In this document: positions 43,928 to 52,309 of the stretch, piece by piece
How positions within the stretch are numbered: position 1 is the first letter of the stretch
Layout of the letters: the number at the start of each line of letters is the position of its first letter
DNA from: an uncultured Erysipelotrichaceae bacterium
Lineage (GTDB): Bacteria > Bacillota_I > Bacilli_A > Erysipelotrichales > Erysipelotrichaceae
NCBI GenBank assembly: GCA_947649125.1
Contig: CANSQL010000005.1
Coordinates: 8,401 to 72,400 of the forward strand
Direction: 5' to 3'
Length of the DNA stretch: 64,000 nt
The notes under the pieces: generated by a model
Databases searched by the model: none
What the model was told of the DNA's origin: nothing
Seen by the model: only the letters and a program-made list of their open reading frames with translations
Made by a program: the position numbers and the translations under genes

Positions 43928-45721
43928 GTGATACAAGTTAAGGAAAGACTACAGGCGCTTAGAAATGAGATGAAACAGCGCAATATCGATGTATATATTA
44001 TCCCGACAAGTGATTTTCATGAAACGGAATATGTCGGAGAGCATTTTAAGGCGAGAGCGTGGATGAGCAATTTCAGCGGTTCGGCAGGAACGCTAGTCGT
44101 ATGTAAGGACTGTGCAGGCTTATGGACCGATGGGCGTTATTTTATTCAAGCGGCAAAGCAGCTGGAAGGTACCGGTATCGAATTGATGAAAATGGGTGAG
44201 GAAGCGACACCGCCGATGGCTCAGTATATTTACGATCATATGAGTGAAGGGCATGCGCTTGGCTTTGACGGTCGTGTGATTAATACAAAGTTGGCGGAAG
44301 CGCTGAAGCAAAAGCTGAATGATAAGCATGCGATATTGAAATGTGATGAGGATTTGGTCGGTATCATTTGGACAGATCGTCCGCCGCTGCCTCAGGAACC
44401 GGCATTTTTGCTTGATATAAAATATTGCGGTAAAAGCAGTGCCGATAAGCTGAATCAAGCACGTACATGGATGAAGGAGCATAAGCTTGATGCGCATATC
44501 GTAACTACATTAGATGATATCGCATGGTATTTGAATATTCGCGGCAATGACATCGCATGTTATCCGGTCGTGCTTGCTTATTTGATTATTGAGGCTGATC
44601 AAGCACATTTATTTATTGAGGAAGCAAAGCTGAACGATGCCTTCAAGCAGCAGTTTGCACAGGATAATGTCGTGCTTCATCCGTATGATGCGGTATATGA
44701 ATATGTGAAAGCGATTCCTGCGAAGCATATTTCATTAGACAAGGGCTGTGTGAACTATCGTATTACCGCATCCTTGCCTAAGGAGTGTGAGGTGCATAAT
44801 CAAAAAAATCCGAGTCAGCTTTGGAAGGCAATCAAAAACGAAACAGAACTCGCAAATAATCGCATTGCCCATATCAAGGATGGTGTTGCGGTTACGAATT
44901 TCATGTATTGGTTAAAAAACAATATCGGTAAAATTTCAATCGATGAGGTAAGCGCATCGGATTATTTAGAGGAATGCCGTAAGCAGCAGGATAACTTTAT
45001 TGAAATCAGCTTTGATACGATTGCGGCGTATAATGAAAATGCGGCCATGATGCACTATCATGCGACAAAAGAAAATTGTGCCGAATGCAAAGCGAGCGGC
45101 TTTTTACTTGTAGACAGCGGCGGTCAGTATTTTGAGGGAACAACGGATATTACGCGTACCTTTGTATTAGGTGATATCAGTGATGATATGCGCAGACATT
45201 TTACAAATGTCGCAAGAGGAATGATGAATCTTTCAAGAGCAAAATTCCTGTACGGCTGTAACGGAATCAATCTTGATATTCTGGCAAGACAGCCGTTATG
45301 GAGTGAGGACATTGATTATAAATGCGGAACAGGACATGGTGTCGGCTTTGTGCTGAATGTTCATGAGGGTCCTAACGGATTCCGTTGGAAGCGTGTGCCT
45401 GAGCGTGATGATTTCGAGATTCTTCAAGAGGGCATGGTCACAACGATTGAGCCGGGTGTGTATTTAGAAGGTAAATACGGTATCAGAACCGAAAACGAAT
45501 TGATCTGTCGTAAAGGAGTTAAAAACGAATACGGTCAGTTTATGGAGTTTGAGACAATTACCTTTGCGCCGATCGATTTGGACGGTATCGATGTCACACT
45601 GTTGAGCGGTGAGGAAAAGGCATGGCTGAATGCTTACCACAAGGAAGTGTATGAAAAGCTTTCTCCGTATTTGAGTGATGAAGTAAAGGAATGGTTGAAA
45701 ATATATACACGCGCAATTTAA
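43928..45721 (+). CDS. Xaa-Pro aminopeptidase (M24B, aminopeptidase P family)
   Basis: M24 motifs are present (HGVGFVLNVHEGP, TIEPGVY). The start is probably GTG 43928, 7 nt after GGAGG. The ORF-track TTG at 43922 is too close to the RBS. Confidence 0.9.
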   Translation: MIQVKERLQALRNEMKQRNIDVYIIPTSDFHETEYVGEHFKARAWMSNFSGSAGTLVVCKDCAGLWTDGRYFIQAAKQLEGTGIELMKMGEEATPPMAQYIYDHMSEGHALGFDGRVINTKLAEALKQKLNDKHAILKCDEDLVGIIWTDRPPLPQEPAFLLDIKYCGKSSADKLNQARTWMKEHKLDAHIVTTLDDIAWYLNIRGNDIACYPVVLAYLIIEADQAHLFIEEAKLNDAFKQQFAQDNVVLHPYDAVYEYVKAIPAKHISLDKGCVNYRITASLPKECEVHNQKNPSQLWKAIKNETELANNRIAHIKDGVAVTNFMYWLKNNIGKISIDEVSASDYLEECRKQQDNFIEISFDTIAAYNENAAMMHYHATKENCAECKASGFLLVDSGGQYFEGTTDITRTFVLGDISDDMRRHFTNVARGMMNLSRAKFLYGCNGINLDILARQPLWSEDIDYKCGTGHGVGFVLNVHEGPNGFRWKRVPERDDFEILQEGMVTTIEPGVYLEGKYGIRTENELICRKGVKNEYGQFMEFETITFAPIDLDGIDVTLLSGEEKAWLNAYHKEVYEKLSPYLSDEVKEWLKIYTRAI

Positions 45722-45748
45722 TCTTTTAAGAGATATTCAGTAATGAAG

Positions 45749-45778
45749 GACAGCTGTACATGGGCAGTTGTCTTTTTT
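45749..45778 (+). terminator. Rho-independent terminator
   Basis: GACAGCTG-N8-CAGTTGTC followed by T6. Confidence 0.75.
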
Positions 45779-46000
45779 ATAGGGACCAGCGAGGTATTAA
45801 TAAAATTTGATATATCTGATAATATATCAATATAAAACTGGAACGGATGATTACAATTGTGATAACCGATTGGTTGTCACATATACTAATGTAGGAAATA
45901 AGATAAGCTTGAACGATTGACAAGATAATTCATAACGCTTTGAAGTGACGGTATCAAAACCAATACACAAGGAATGTATGTTGTTTTAATACGTATATCA

Positions 46001-46029
46001 TTGACACGTATCATATTGTGCGGTATTAT
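46001..46029 (+). promoter_or_regulatory. SigA promoter of hicAB (TTGACA-N17-TATTAT)
   Basis: Read directly, 24 nt upstream of the hicA ATG. Confidence 0.6.
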
Positions 46030-46052
46030 TATTGTGCAAGGAGGTAAGTCAT

Positions 46053-46241
46053 ATGCCGATGACTTCAAAGGATATGGAAAAACTTATCCTTGCTCACGGC
46101 TGGGTGTTAAAAAATCAAGTGGGCTCTCACAGACACTACATACATCCTGCCAAAACCGGAAAGGTCACCATCCCTTTTCATTCTAAGGACTTGAATCGGA
46201 AAACTGAGCTTTCCATTTTGAAGCAAGCCGGGCTGAGATGA
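46053..46241 (+). CDS. hicA: Type II toxin HicA (mRNA interferase)
   Basis: GSHRHYIHP...TIPFHSKDL...ILKQAGL is the HicA/YcfA pattern. ATG 46053 follows AGGAGG. Confidence 0.85.
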   Translation: MPMTSKDMEKLILAHGWVLKNQVGSHRHYIHPAKTGKVTIPFHSKDLNRKTELSILKQAGLR

Positions 46242-46276
46242 ACTCCGGTTGCTTCTCTTAAAAAGGAGGTATGGTT

Positions 46277-46699
46277 ATGTTGTCTGCTTATCCGGCTATA
46301 TTTTACAAAGAGGAAAACGGTTATTCCGTTATTTTTCCTGACCTCAATTATTTGGCTACAGACGGAGATACTTTAGAACAGGCACTTGCGATGGCTGTTG
46401 ATTGTTTGGCCGGCTATCTGTATTCAGCCAAGCGAGACAATGAAGCGATTCCTAAGCCCTCTGAGCTTAAAACAGTTGATCCTGTGAAGGTAGCAAAAGA
46501 GCTTGATACTGAGACAGGAGAATATTTTGTAAATCTTGTAACGGTAGATGTTGATGATTATGCGAAATTACACTTCAACAAATCTATCAAAAAAACCTTA
46601 AGCATTCCTGAGTGGCTTAATCGTGAGGCTTTAGAAAAAGGAATTAATTTCTCACAGGTATTACAGGAAGCATTGGTTGCGAAGCTTCGCTCTCTATGA
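46277..46699 (+). CDS. hicB: Type II antitoxin HicB with a C-terminal RHH-like DNA-binding tail
   Basis: YPAIFYKEENGYSVIFPDL...GDTLEQALAMA is the HicB N-domain pattern. The C-terminal KKTLSIPEWLNREALEKGINFSQVLQEAL looks ribbon-helix-helix-like. Confidence 0.85.
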   Translation: MLSAYPAIFYKEENGYSVIFPDLNYLATDGDTLEQALAMAVDCLAGYLYSAKRDNEAIPKPSELKTVDPVKVAKELDTETGEYFVNLVTVDVDDYAKLHFNKSIKKTLSIPEWLNREALEKGINFSQVLQEALVAKLRSL

Positions 46700-46709
46700 T
46701 TTTTATTTC

Positions 46710-46734
46710 GACACTCACATGGGTGTCTTTTTTT
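46710..46734 (+). terminator. Rho-independent terminator
   Basis: GACAC-N8-GTGTC followed by T7. Confidence 0.8.
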
Positions 46735-46860
46735 GATTGTTGTATATGAATTTCCGGATTTAAGGATCAGGCATTAATTAAAGAATTAAATGAAAATGAA
46801 TGATGTGATATACTCCAAACAATCTCCTTCAAACACTTTATAACATTGAATAAAACAAAA

Positions 46861-46887
46861 TTAGCACTTAGGTGTTGACTCTGCTAA
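46861..46887. promoter_or_regulatory. CIRCE-like element 1 (TTAGCACTT-N9-CTCTGCTAA)
   Basis: Compared with the CIRCE consensus TTAGCACTC-N9-GAGTGCTAA, the left half matches 8/9 and the right half 6/9. It overlaps the -35. Confidence 0.4.
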
Positions 46888-46903
46888 TAAATTGGTCTAT
46901 ACT
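46875..46903 (+). promoter_or_regulatory. SigA promoter of htpG (TTGACT-N17-TATACT)
   Basis: Read directly. It is flanked by the two CIRCE-like elements. Confidence 0.55.
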
Positions 46904-46904
46904 A

Positions 46905-46931
46905 TTAGCAGACTTAATAAAAGAGTGCTAA
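46905..46931. promoter_or_regulatory. CIRCE-like element 2 (TTAGCAGAC-N9-GAGTGCTAA)
   Basis: The left half matches 7/9 and the right half 9/9. It begins 2 nt after the -10 and ends at the RBS. Confidence 0.45.
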
Positions 46932-46944
46932 CGGAGGTATGAAG

Positions 46945-48888
46945 ATGAGCAGAAAAAAACAATTTAAAGCGGAATCGAAACGCTTATTGGATTTGATGAT
47001 TAATTCTATTTATACACATAAGGAAATATTTTTACGTGAATTGGTATCCAATGCCAGTGATGCGATTGATAAGCTGTACTATCAGGCATTGAGTGAAAAC
47101 TTACAGGATATTAACCGTGATGATCTGAAGATTGAAATTGCATTGGATAAAGAAAACCGCACAATTACCATTCAGGATAACGGTGTCGGTATGGATAAAG
47201 CGGAAATGGAAGAGAATTTAGGAACGATTGCGAAAAGCGGTTCCTTGGCCTTTAAACAAAAGCTGGCACAAGAGGAAGGAAAGCAGGATGAAGATGTCGA
47301 TATTATCGGACAGTTCGGTGTCGGTTTCTATTCTGCCTTTATGGTTGCAAGTCGTGTCGATGTGACAAGTAAGAAATACGGTGCAGAGCTTGCATATCGT
47401 TGGAGCTCCGATGCGAGTGACGGATATACGATTGACGAGGTCGCCAAGGACAGTCACGGTACCGAGATCGTGCTGTATTTAAAGGATAACAGTGAGGATG
47501 AGGATTATGATAAATATTTAAGCCAATATGAAATTGAAGGCTTGATTAAGAAGTATTCCGATTATATCCGCTATCCGATTGAGATGGAAGTAGAGGTTCA
47601 AAAGGAAGTGGAAAGCGAAGCATCCGAAGATGAGGAGAATAAAGAACCTGTATATGAAACGGTACAGGAAACAAAAACCTTAAACTCCATGATTCCGTTG
47701 TGGAAGCGTCCGAAAAAAGAAATTACCAAAGAGGAATACGATTCTTTCTATAAGGATAAATTTGATGATTTTAACGATCCGCAAAAGGTGATTCATACAA
47801 GTGTTGAGGGCAATGTTTCCTTTGATGCCTTAATGTATATTCCGAGCAAAGCGCCTTATAACTATTATTCACAGGATTATCAAAAGGGATTACAGCTATA
47901 CAGCCGCGGTGTCTTTATTATGGATAAGGCTGAGGAGTTGATTCCCGAATATTTCCGCTTTGTGAAAGGTTTGGTTGATTCTCAGGATTTAAGCTTGAAT
48001 ATCTCTCGTGAAATGCTTCAGCATGATCGCCAGTTGAAAGTCATCGCATCACGCATCGAAAAGAAAATCAAGAGTGAGCTTGTATTGATGTTGAATAACG
48101 ATCGTGAAGAATATGAAAAATTCTGGAGTAATTTCGGTCTTCAGATTAAATTCGGCGTTTATAATAACTACGGCATGGATAAGGAAAAGCTGCAGGATTT
48201 ACTGTTATTCTATTCCTCAAAGGAACAAAAGCTTGTGACGCTTGATGAATATATCAATCGTATGGAAGAAGGACAGGAGAACATTTACTTTATGTCCGGT
48301 GACAGTGTTGATAAAATTGATAAGCTGCCGCAGTGTGCATTGGTAAAGGAAAAAGGCTATGAAATTCTGTATTTGACCGATAATGTGGATGAGTTTGTGA
48401 TGCAGACATTAAATACCTATAAAGAAAAGAAATTCAAAAATATTTCTCAAGGTGATTTGGATTTAGCCACTGAGGACGAAAAGAAGGAACTTGAAGCAAA
48501 AGCAGAGGAAAACAAGGATCTGTTAACTCATATTAAAGAAGCGTTAAAGGATCAAGTCAAAGAGGTAAAAATCTCTGCGCGTTTAATTGATGATCCGGTT
48601 TGTCTGTCTACCGAGGAAGGATTGTCCTTTGAGATGGAGAAAGTATTATCGGCAATGCCGGAAGGAAATCCATACGGTATGAAAGCACCGCGTATTTTGG
48701 AAATTAATCCGAAGCATGAAATCTTTAAGGCTTTACAGTCTGTTTACCAAAAAGATCCTGACGCAGTGAGTGATTATGCGGATTTGTTGTATCAACAGGC
48801 ACTTTTGATTGAAGGCTTCCCGATTGATGATCCGATGGAATTCTCACGTAAGATTTGTGCATTTATGGTAAAGGCTACCGCTGAGTAA
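46945..48888 (+). CDS. htpG: Molecular chaperone HtpG (Hsp90)
   Basis: FKAESKRLLDLMINSIYTHKEIFLRELVSNASDAIDKL is the Hsp90 N-terminal signature. ATG 46945 lies 7 nt after GGAGG. Confidence 0.95.
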   Translation: MSRKKQFKAESKRLLDLMINSIYTHKEIFLRELVSNASDAIDKLYYQALSENLQDINRDDLKIEIALDKENRTITIQDNGVGMDKAEMEENLGTIAKSGSLAFKQKLAQEEGKQDEDVDIIGQFGVGFYSAFMVASRVDVTSKKYGAELAYRWSSDASDGYTIDEVAKDSHGTEIVLYLKDNSEDEDYDKYLSQYEIEGLIKKYSDYIRYPIEMEVEVQKEVESEASEDEENKEPVYETVQETKTLNSMIPLWKRPKKEITKEEYDSFYKDKFDDFNDPQKVIHTSVEGNVSFDALMYIPSKAPYNYYSQDYQKGLQLYSRGVFIMDKAEELIPEYFRFVKGLVDSQDLSLNISREMLQHDRQLKVIASRIEKKIKSELVLMLNNDREEYEKFWSNFGLQIKFGVYNNYGMDKEKLQDLLLFYSSKEQKLVTLDEYINRMEEGQENIYFMSGDSVDKIDKLPQCALVKEKGYEILYLTDNVDEFVMQTLNTYKEKKFKNISQGDLDLATEDEKKELEAKAEENKDLLTHIKEALKDQVKEVKISARLIDDPVCLSTEEGLSFEMEKVLSAMPEGNPYGMKAPRILEINPKHEIFKALQSVYQKDPDAVSDYADLLYQQALLIEGFPIDDPMEFSRKICAFMVKATAE

Positions 48889-48917
48889 GCTGAAAATCAT
48901 AGCAATTTAAGCAACGA

Positions 48918-48966
48918 AAAGACACAGTAACGACTATGTAAAAGGTCGCTGACTGTGTCTTTGTTG
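48918..48966. terminator. Bidirectional terminator between htpG and the second ATPase gene
   Basis: AAAGACACAGT...ACTGTGTCTTT with an inner CGAC/GTCG pairing. Confidence 0.75.
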
Positions 48967-49058
48967 CTTTCAGACAGATGCAATGACGTAATGAGAAATA
49001 ATTACGCAAATAATTCTATTGAATAGTTTGTATCCGCAACTGTAGCTGTTAACTGATT

Positions 49059-50258
49059 TTAATAAGTGTCCTTCAACAGAAAGTCGGACAGATGGATTAT
49101 TTTAACTCCGTTGATATTACCGCTCGCAAGCTCATCAAGTGTTACCACATATTTTGGATAATGATCTTTAATTTCAAGCAGATTAGTGATCTCACGGTCG
49201 GAGTCCTCAGGTAACTGACGACATACTTGTACATAAATGCGCTCATCGCGCTTTATCGCCACAAAATCAATTTCTTTTGTCGCATTTTTGCCGATATAAA
49301 CCTTATAGCCTTTTCTCAACAATTCAAAACACACAATATTTTCAAGCATTGCGGCAATCGCTTGTGTGTGAAAGCCCATCATACAATATTTGAGCGAAGC
49401 ATCGGCAAGATAGAATTTTTCCTGTGTTTTCAGCACTGACTTTCCCTGTAAGTCATAGCGTTGACAGCGATAGATAACAAAAGCCTTTTCCAGCCATTTC
49501 AAATAATTATATATTGATTCCACCGAGAGCGAGCGCCCCTGACTTTTCATAAATTTCACAATCGTGTTTGCTGAAAAAGTCTTGCCGATATTTTCAACAA
49601 TAAACTTTACTACACGATTGAATAAATCAACATTGACTATTTTTTGACGCCTTGTGATATCGTTTGAAATCACGGAATGATAAATACCCTCCACAATTTG
49701 ATAAGAAGAATTCTCATCTAAATTACTTACGGCTACAATTGGAAAGCCCCCCATGCGAATATATTCATTCAGAAGCTCCTTCTCTCTTTTTTTGCTTGTT
49801 TTTTTGAAATTCATATATTCTTGAAAGGATAGAGTATAGATGGGAATAGATACATACCTTCCCGTTAAGTAAGTAGAGATTTCACTTGACATTAGCTTAG
49901 AATTAGAACCGGTAACATAAATATCCGTATTGTCATTTTCAAGCAGACTGTTTACTGCTTTTTCCCAGCCTGTAATTTCCTGTACCTCATCAAGCAATAA
50001 ATAATATCGTCCTTCCTCATTCATTTTCGCTTTGATGCCTTGATACATCTCTTTATCCGTTATATGATTATCGATATCCTCTGAGGTATAACTGATATGA
50101 ATGATGTGATCTGCAGATACACCGTTTATCATTAAGTCATTATGAAGCATTGTCAAAATTGTTGATTTGCCGCAGCGGCGAATACCGGCAAGTACCTTTA
50201 CCAACGGAACATCACGATAGGTTTTTAATAGTTCTAAATAATAGGATCTTTCTACCAT
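49059..50258 (-). CDS. AAA+ ATPase of the COG1373 type (AAA_14 + DUF4143-like), second paralog
   Basis: P-loop GIRRCGKST and Walker B region YYLLLDEVQEI. Length ~400 aa. RBS AAGGTG. Confidence 0.8.
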   Translation of the reverse strand: MVERSYYLELLKTYRDVPLVKVLAGIRRCGKSTILTMLHNDLMINGVSADHIIHISYTSEDIDNHITDKEMYQGIKAKMNEEGRYYLLLDEVQEITGWEKAVNSLLENDNTDIYVTGSNSKLMSSEISTYLTGRYVSIPIYTLSFQEYMNFKKTSKKREKELLNEYIRMGGFPIVAVSNLDENSSYQIVEGIYHSVISNDITRRQKIVNVDLFNRVVKFIVENIGKTFSANTIVKFMKSQGRSLSVESIYNYLKWLEKAFVIYRCQRYDLQGKSVLKTQEKFYLADASLKYCMMGFHTQAIAAMLENIVCFELLRKGYKVYIGKNATKEIDFVAIKRDERIYVQVCRQLPEDSDREITNLLEIKDHYPKYVVTLDELASGNINGVKIIHLSDFLLKDTY

Positions 50259-50307
50259 ATAAACACCTTCTTTTTATATAGTATACCAAAAAAGTTATAG
50301 CGAATCA

Positions 50308-50338
50308 AAAGTTTTTACTCAAAATCAGTAAAAACTTT
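50308..50338. repeat. Perfect 12-bp inverted repeat AAAGTTTTTACT-N7-AGTAAAAACTTT in a divergent promoter region
   Basis: Read directly, 50 nt upstream of the ATPase ATG at 50258. Confidence 0.85.
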
Positions 50339-50494
50339 ATAAATCATATAAGTTTTTCGGTAAAGCTTGTTTCAACCATTTTCCATTAAGAACTATGATA
50401 AATGCGCCGACAAAGAAATAAGCTTGTAAAAAAGCATTTGATTTGTTAGACTTACACTGATTCAATCACAATGAAGCAGTAAGGAGTGAAGTAT

Positions 50495-51121
50495 ATGACA
50501 AACAACCCTTGGAAAGAAATCAGCTTGGATATCTATGAAGCACATATGAAGCAGGAGGATGTCAAACAATTACAGGCATTGAATGCGATGATGAAGCAGC
50601 AGTTAAACAGCTATCCTGTCAAAGAATTAATGATTCTCGGAGTTGCCGGAGGAAACGGCTTGGAACATATTGATCCCGATCATTTTCGAACAGTTTACGG
50701 CATTGATATTAATGAAGATTATTTACAAGCTGCCTCTCAAAGATATGCCCATTTGTCGAATATTCTAAAGCTACAATGTATTGATCTGTGTACGCAATAT
50801 CAACTGTTACCTCATGCTGATTTCATCGTCGCAGATTTATTGATCGAATATATCGGTATTGAATGCTTCAAAGACATCATTCGTCATGTGAAACCGAAAT
50901 ATATATCATGTATTATTCAAATAGATCATGATGATGAATGGGTTTCAAATACAGCCTATCATGATGCTTTTCAAGGTCTGCAGCAGTTGCATCAGCGAAT
51001 TGACGGGGAGCGGTTGAGTGAGGCAATGCAGGAATTGAGCTATACGCTACTGCTTACACACAGTCAAAGTCTGCCCAATCATAAGGAGCTGCTGAGACTG
51101 GATTTTCAATATAACGATTAA
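50495..51121 (+). CDS. Class I SAM-dependent methyltransferase (tentative)
   Basis: Motif I-like ILGVAGGNG. ATG 50495 follows AAGGAG. Confidence 0.55.
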   Translation: MTNNPWKEISLDIYEAHMKQEDVKQLQALNAMMKQQLNSYPVKELMILGVAGGNGLEHIDPDHFRTVYGIDINEDYLQAASQRYAHLSNILKLQCIDLCTQYQLLPHADFIVADLLIEYIGIECFKDIIRHVKPKYISCIIQIDHDDEWVSNTAYHDAFQGLQQLHQRIDGERLSEAMQELSYTLLLTHSQSLPNHKELLRLDFQYND

Positions 51122-51258
51122 TACAAAGGACAGAACTCTTTTGTCTGTATTCCGTTAAAAAAATCGGATACAAGCATCCGATTACGTATATTATTATGCG
51201 AGAACTATTCTAATCACCGAGAACTCGGTTTTCGCTTTTGATCTTTCATAGAAATTAT

Positions 51259-51777
51259 TTAACTGTTTTTTATATAATTTAATATTTTGGTTGTTAACGG
51301 CTTGAATATTAAATATATCAGATACCCGATAAATCCACCTATCACATTTGTTATTAAGTCCGTTATATCTGATGATCGAAAACCATTTATTAAAGGTTGC
51401 AGCAATTCTATGGATAAACTTAATAAAAAAGTATATAAAACAACTTTTAGCATGTTAACATTTGCTTTTTTTACTAAAGGCAATAAAAATCCAAAAGGAA
51501 TTGTCATCACAACATTTAATACGACTTGTCTGATAAAATCTCCTCTGCTACTTAAAACATCAATAAAAGGAACTACATTCATTGAAGTATACGGGTGATT
51601 AAATATATATGGCAAAGCTGTCAGTATCGGCATTAAAGTAAAATATAATACGAATGATAAATATATATACATTGCAGTATTTACAAGTAATACATCTTTT
51701 CCTTTTGCTTTCCATTTTTTATACAGTATGAAAACATATAAAATTATCAAAACAATAAAATCTGCTATTTCCTTCAT
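51259..51777 (-). CDS. VanZ-family membrane protein
   Basis: Four or five TM segments and the VanZ-like C-terminal motif FRSSDITDLITNVIGGFIGY. ATG 51777 follows GGAGG. Confidence 0.7.
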   Translation of the reverse strand: MKEIADFIVLIILYVFILYKKWKAKGKDVLLVNTAMYIYLSFVLYFTLMPILTALPYIFNHPYTSMNVVPFIDVLSSRGDFIRQVVLNVVMTIPFGFLLPLVKKANVNMLKVVLYTFLLSLSIELLQPLINGFRSSDITDLITNVIGGFIGYLIYLIFKPLTTKILNYIKNS

Positions 51778-52057
51778 AGTTACCTCCGGAGTACCCTCAC
51801 TCACAAATTACTGTCTCTGCATCACTTTTGTTATTTAATTATAACACTTCTTAAGAGGTTTTAACAGCGAATAAAAATAGAAACTGTAAAATTAAAGTCC
51901 CTTTATAAATAATCGGGATTATTTTATATAAAGGAAGCCATGTAATGTAGATATAACAGTAAATACAAGAAAAGGTGCTATGTAAAATATGCACCTAAAT
52001 GATCGGCATAAAATAAAAAATGCACTTATGAAAGAGAGCTCATAAAAACATTCGTAA

Positions 52058-52134
52058 TGGTCGGGATGACAGGATTTGAACCTGCGACCCCTGGCACCCC
52101 ATGCCAGTGCACTACCAAGCTGTGCTACATCCCG
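52058..52134 (-). tRNA. tRNA-Pro (anticodon GGG)
   Basis: The reverse strand reads CGGGATGTAGCACAGCTTGGTAGTGC-A-CTGGC-ATGGGGT-GCCAG-GGGTC-GCAGG-TTCAAAT-CCTGT-CATCCCG-A-CCA. Confidence 0.9.
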
Positions 52135-52309
52135 ATGTCATATATTTTACTATACAGACTATGGGAAAGTAAAGAGAAAACTGTCGTGTGTCGCACTTTT
52201 TTACGTCAAAGACAGAATCCTATATATAAAAGATAAGCCCTTATAATGGAAAAACCGCTTGCATTTCACTACGGTATCAGCGATAATAAGGAAAGAAATG
52301 AGGCTTATC

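Noticed and set aside
42077-52057. Genomic island bounded by tRNA-Gln and tRNA-Pro
   Set aside because: No integrase, recombinase or duplicated tRNA 3' end (att) was seen by eye. The segment also contains core genes (aminopeptidase P, htpG), so only the local hicAB and ATPase insertions are considered accessory.
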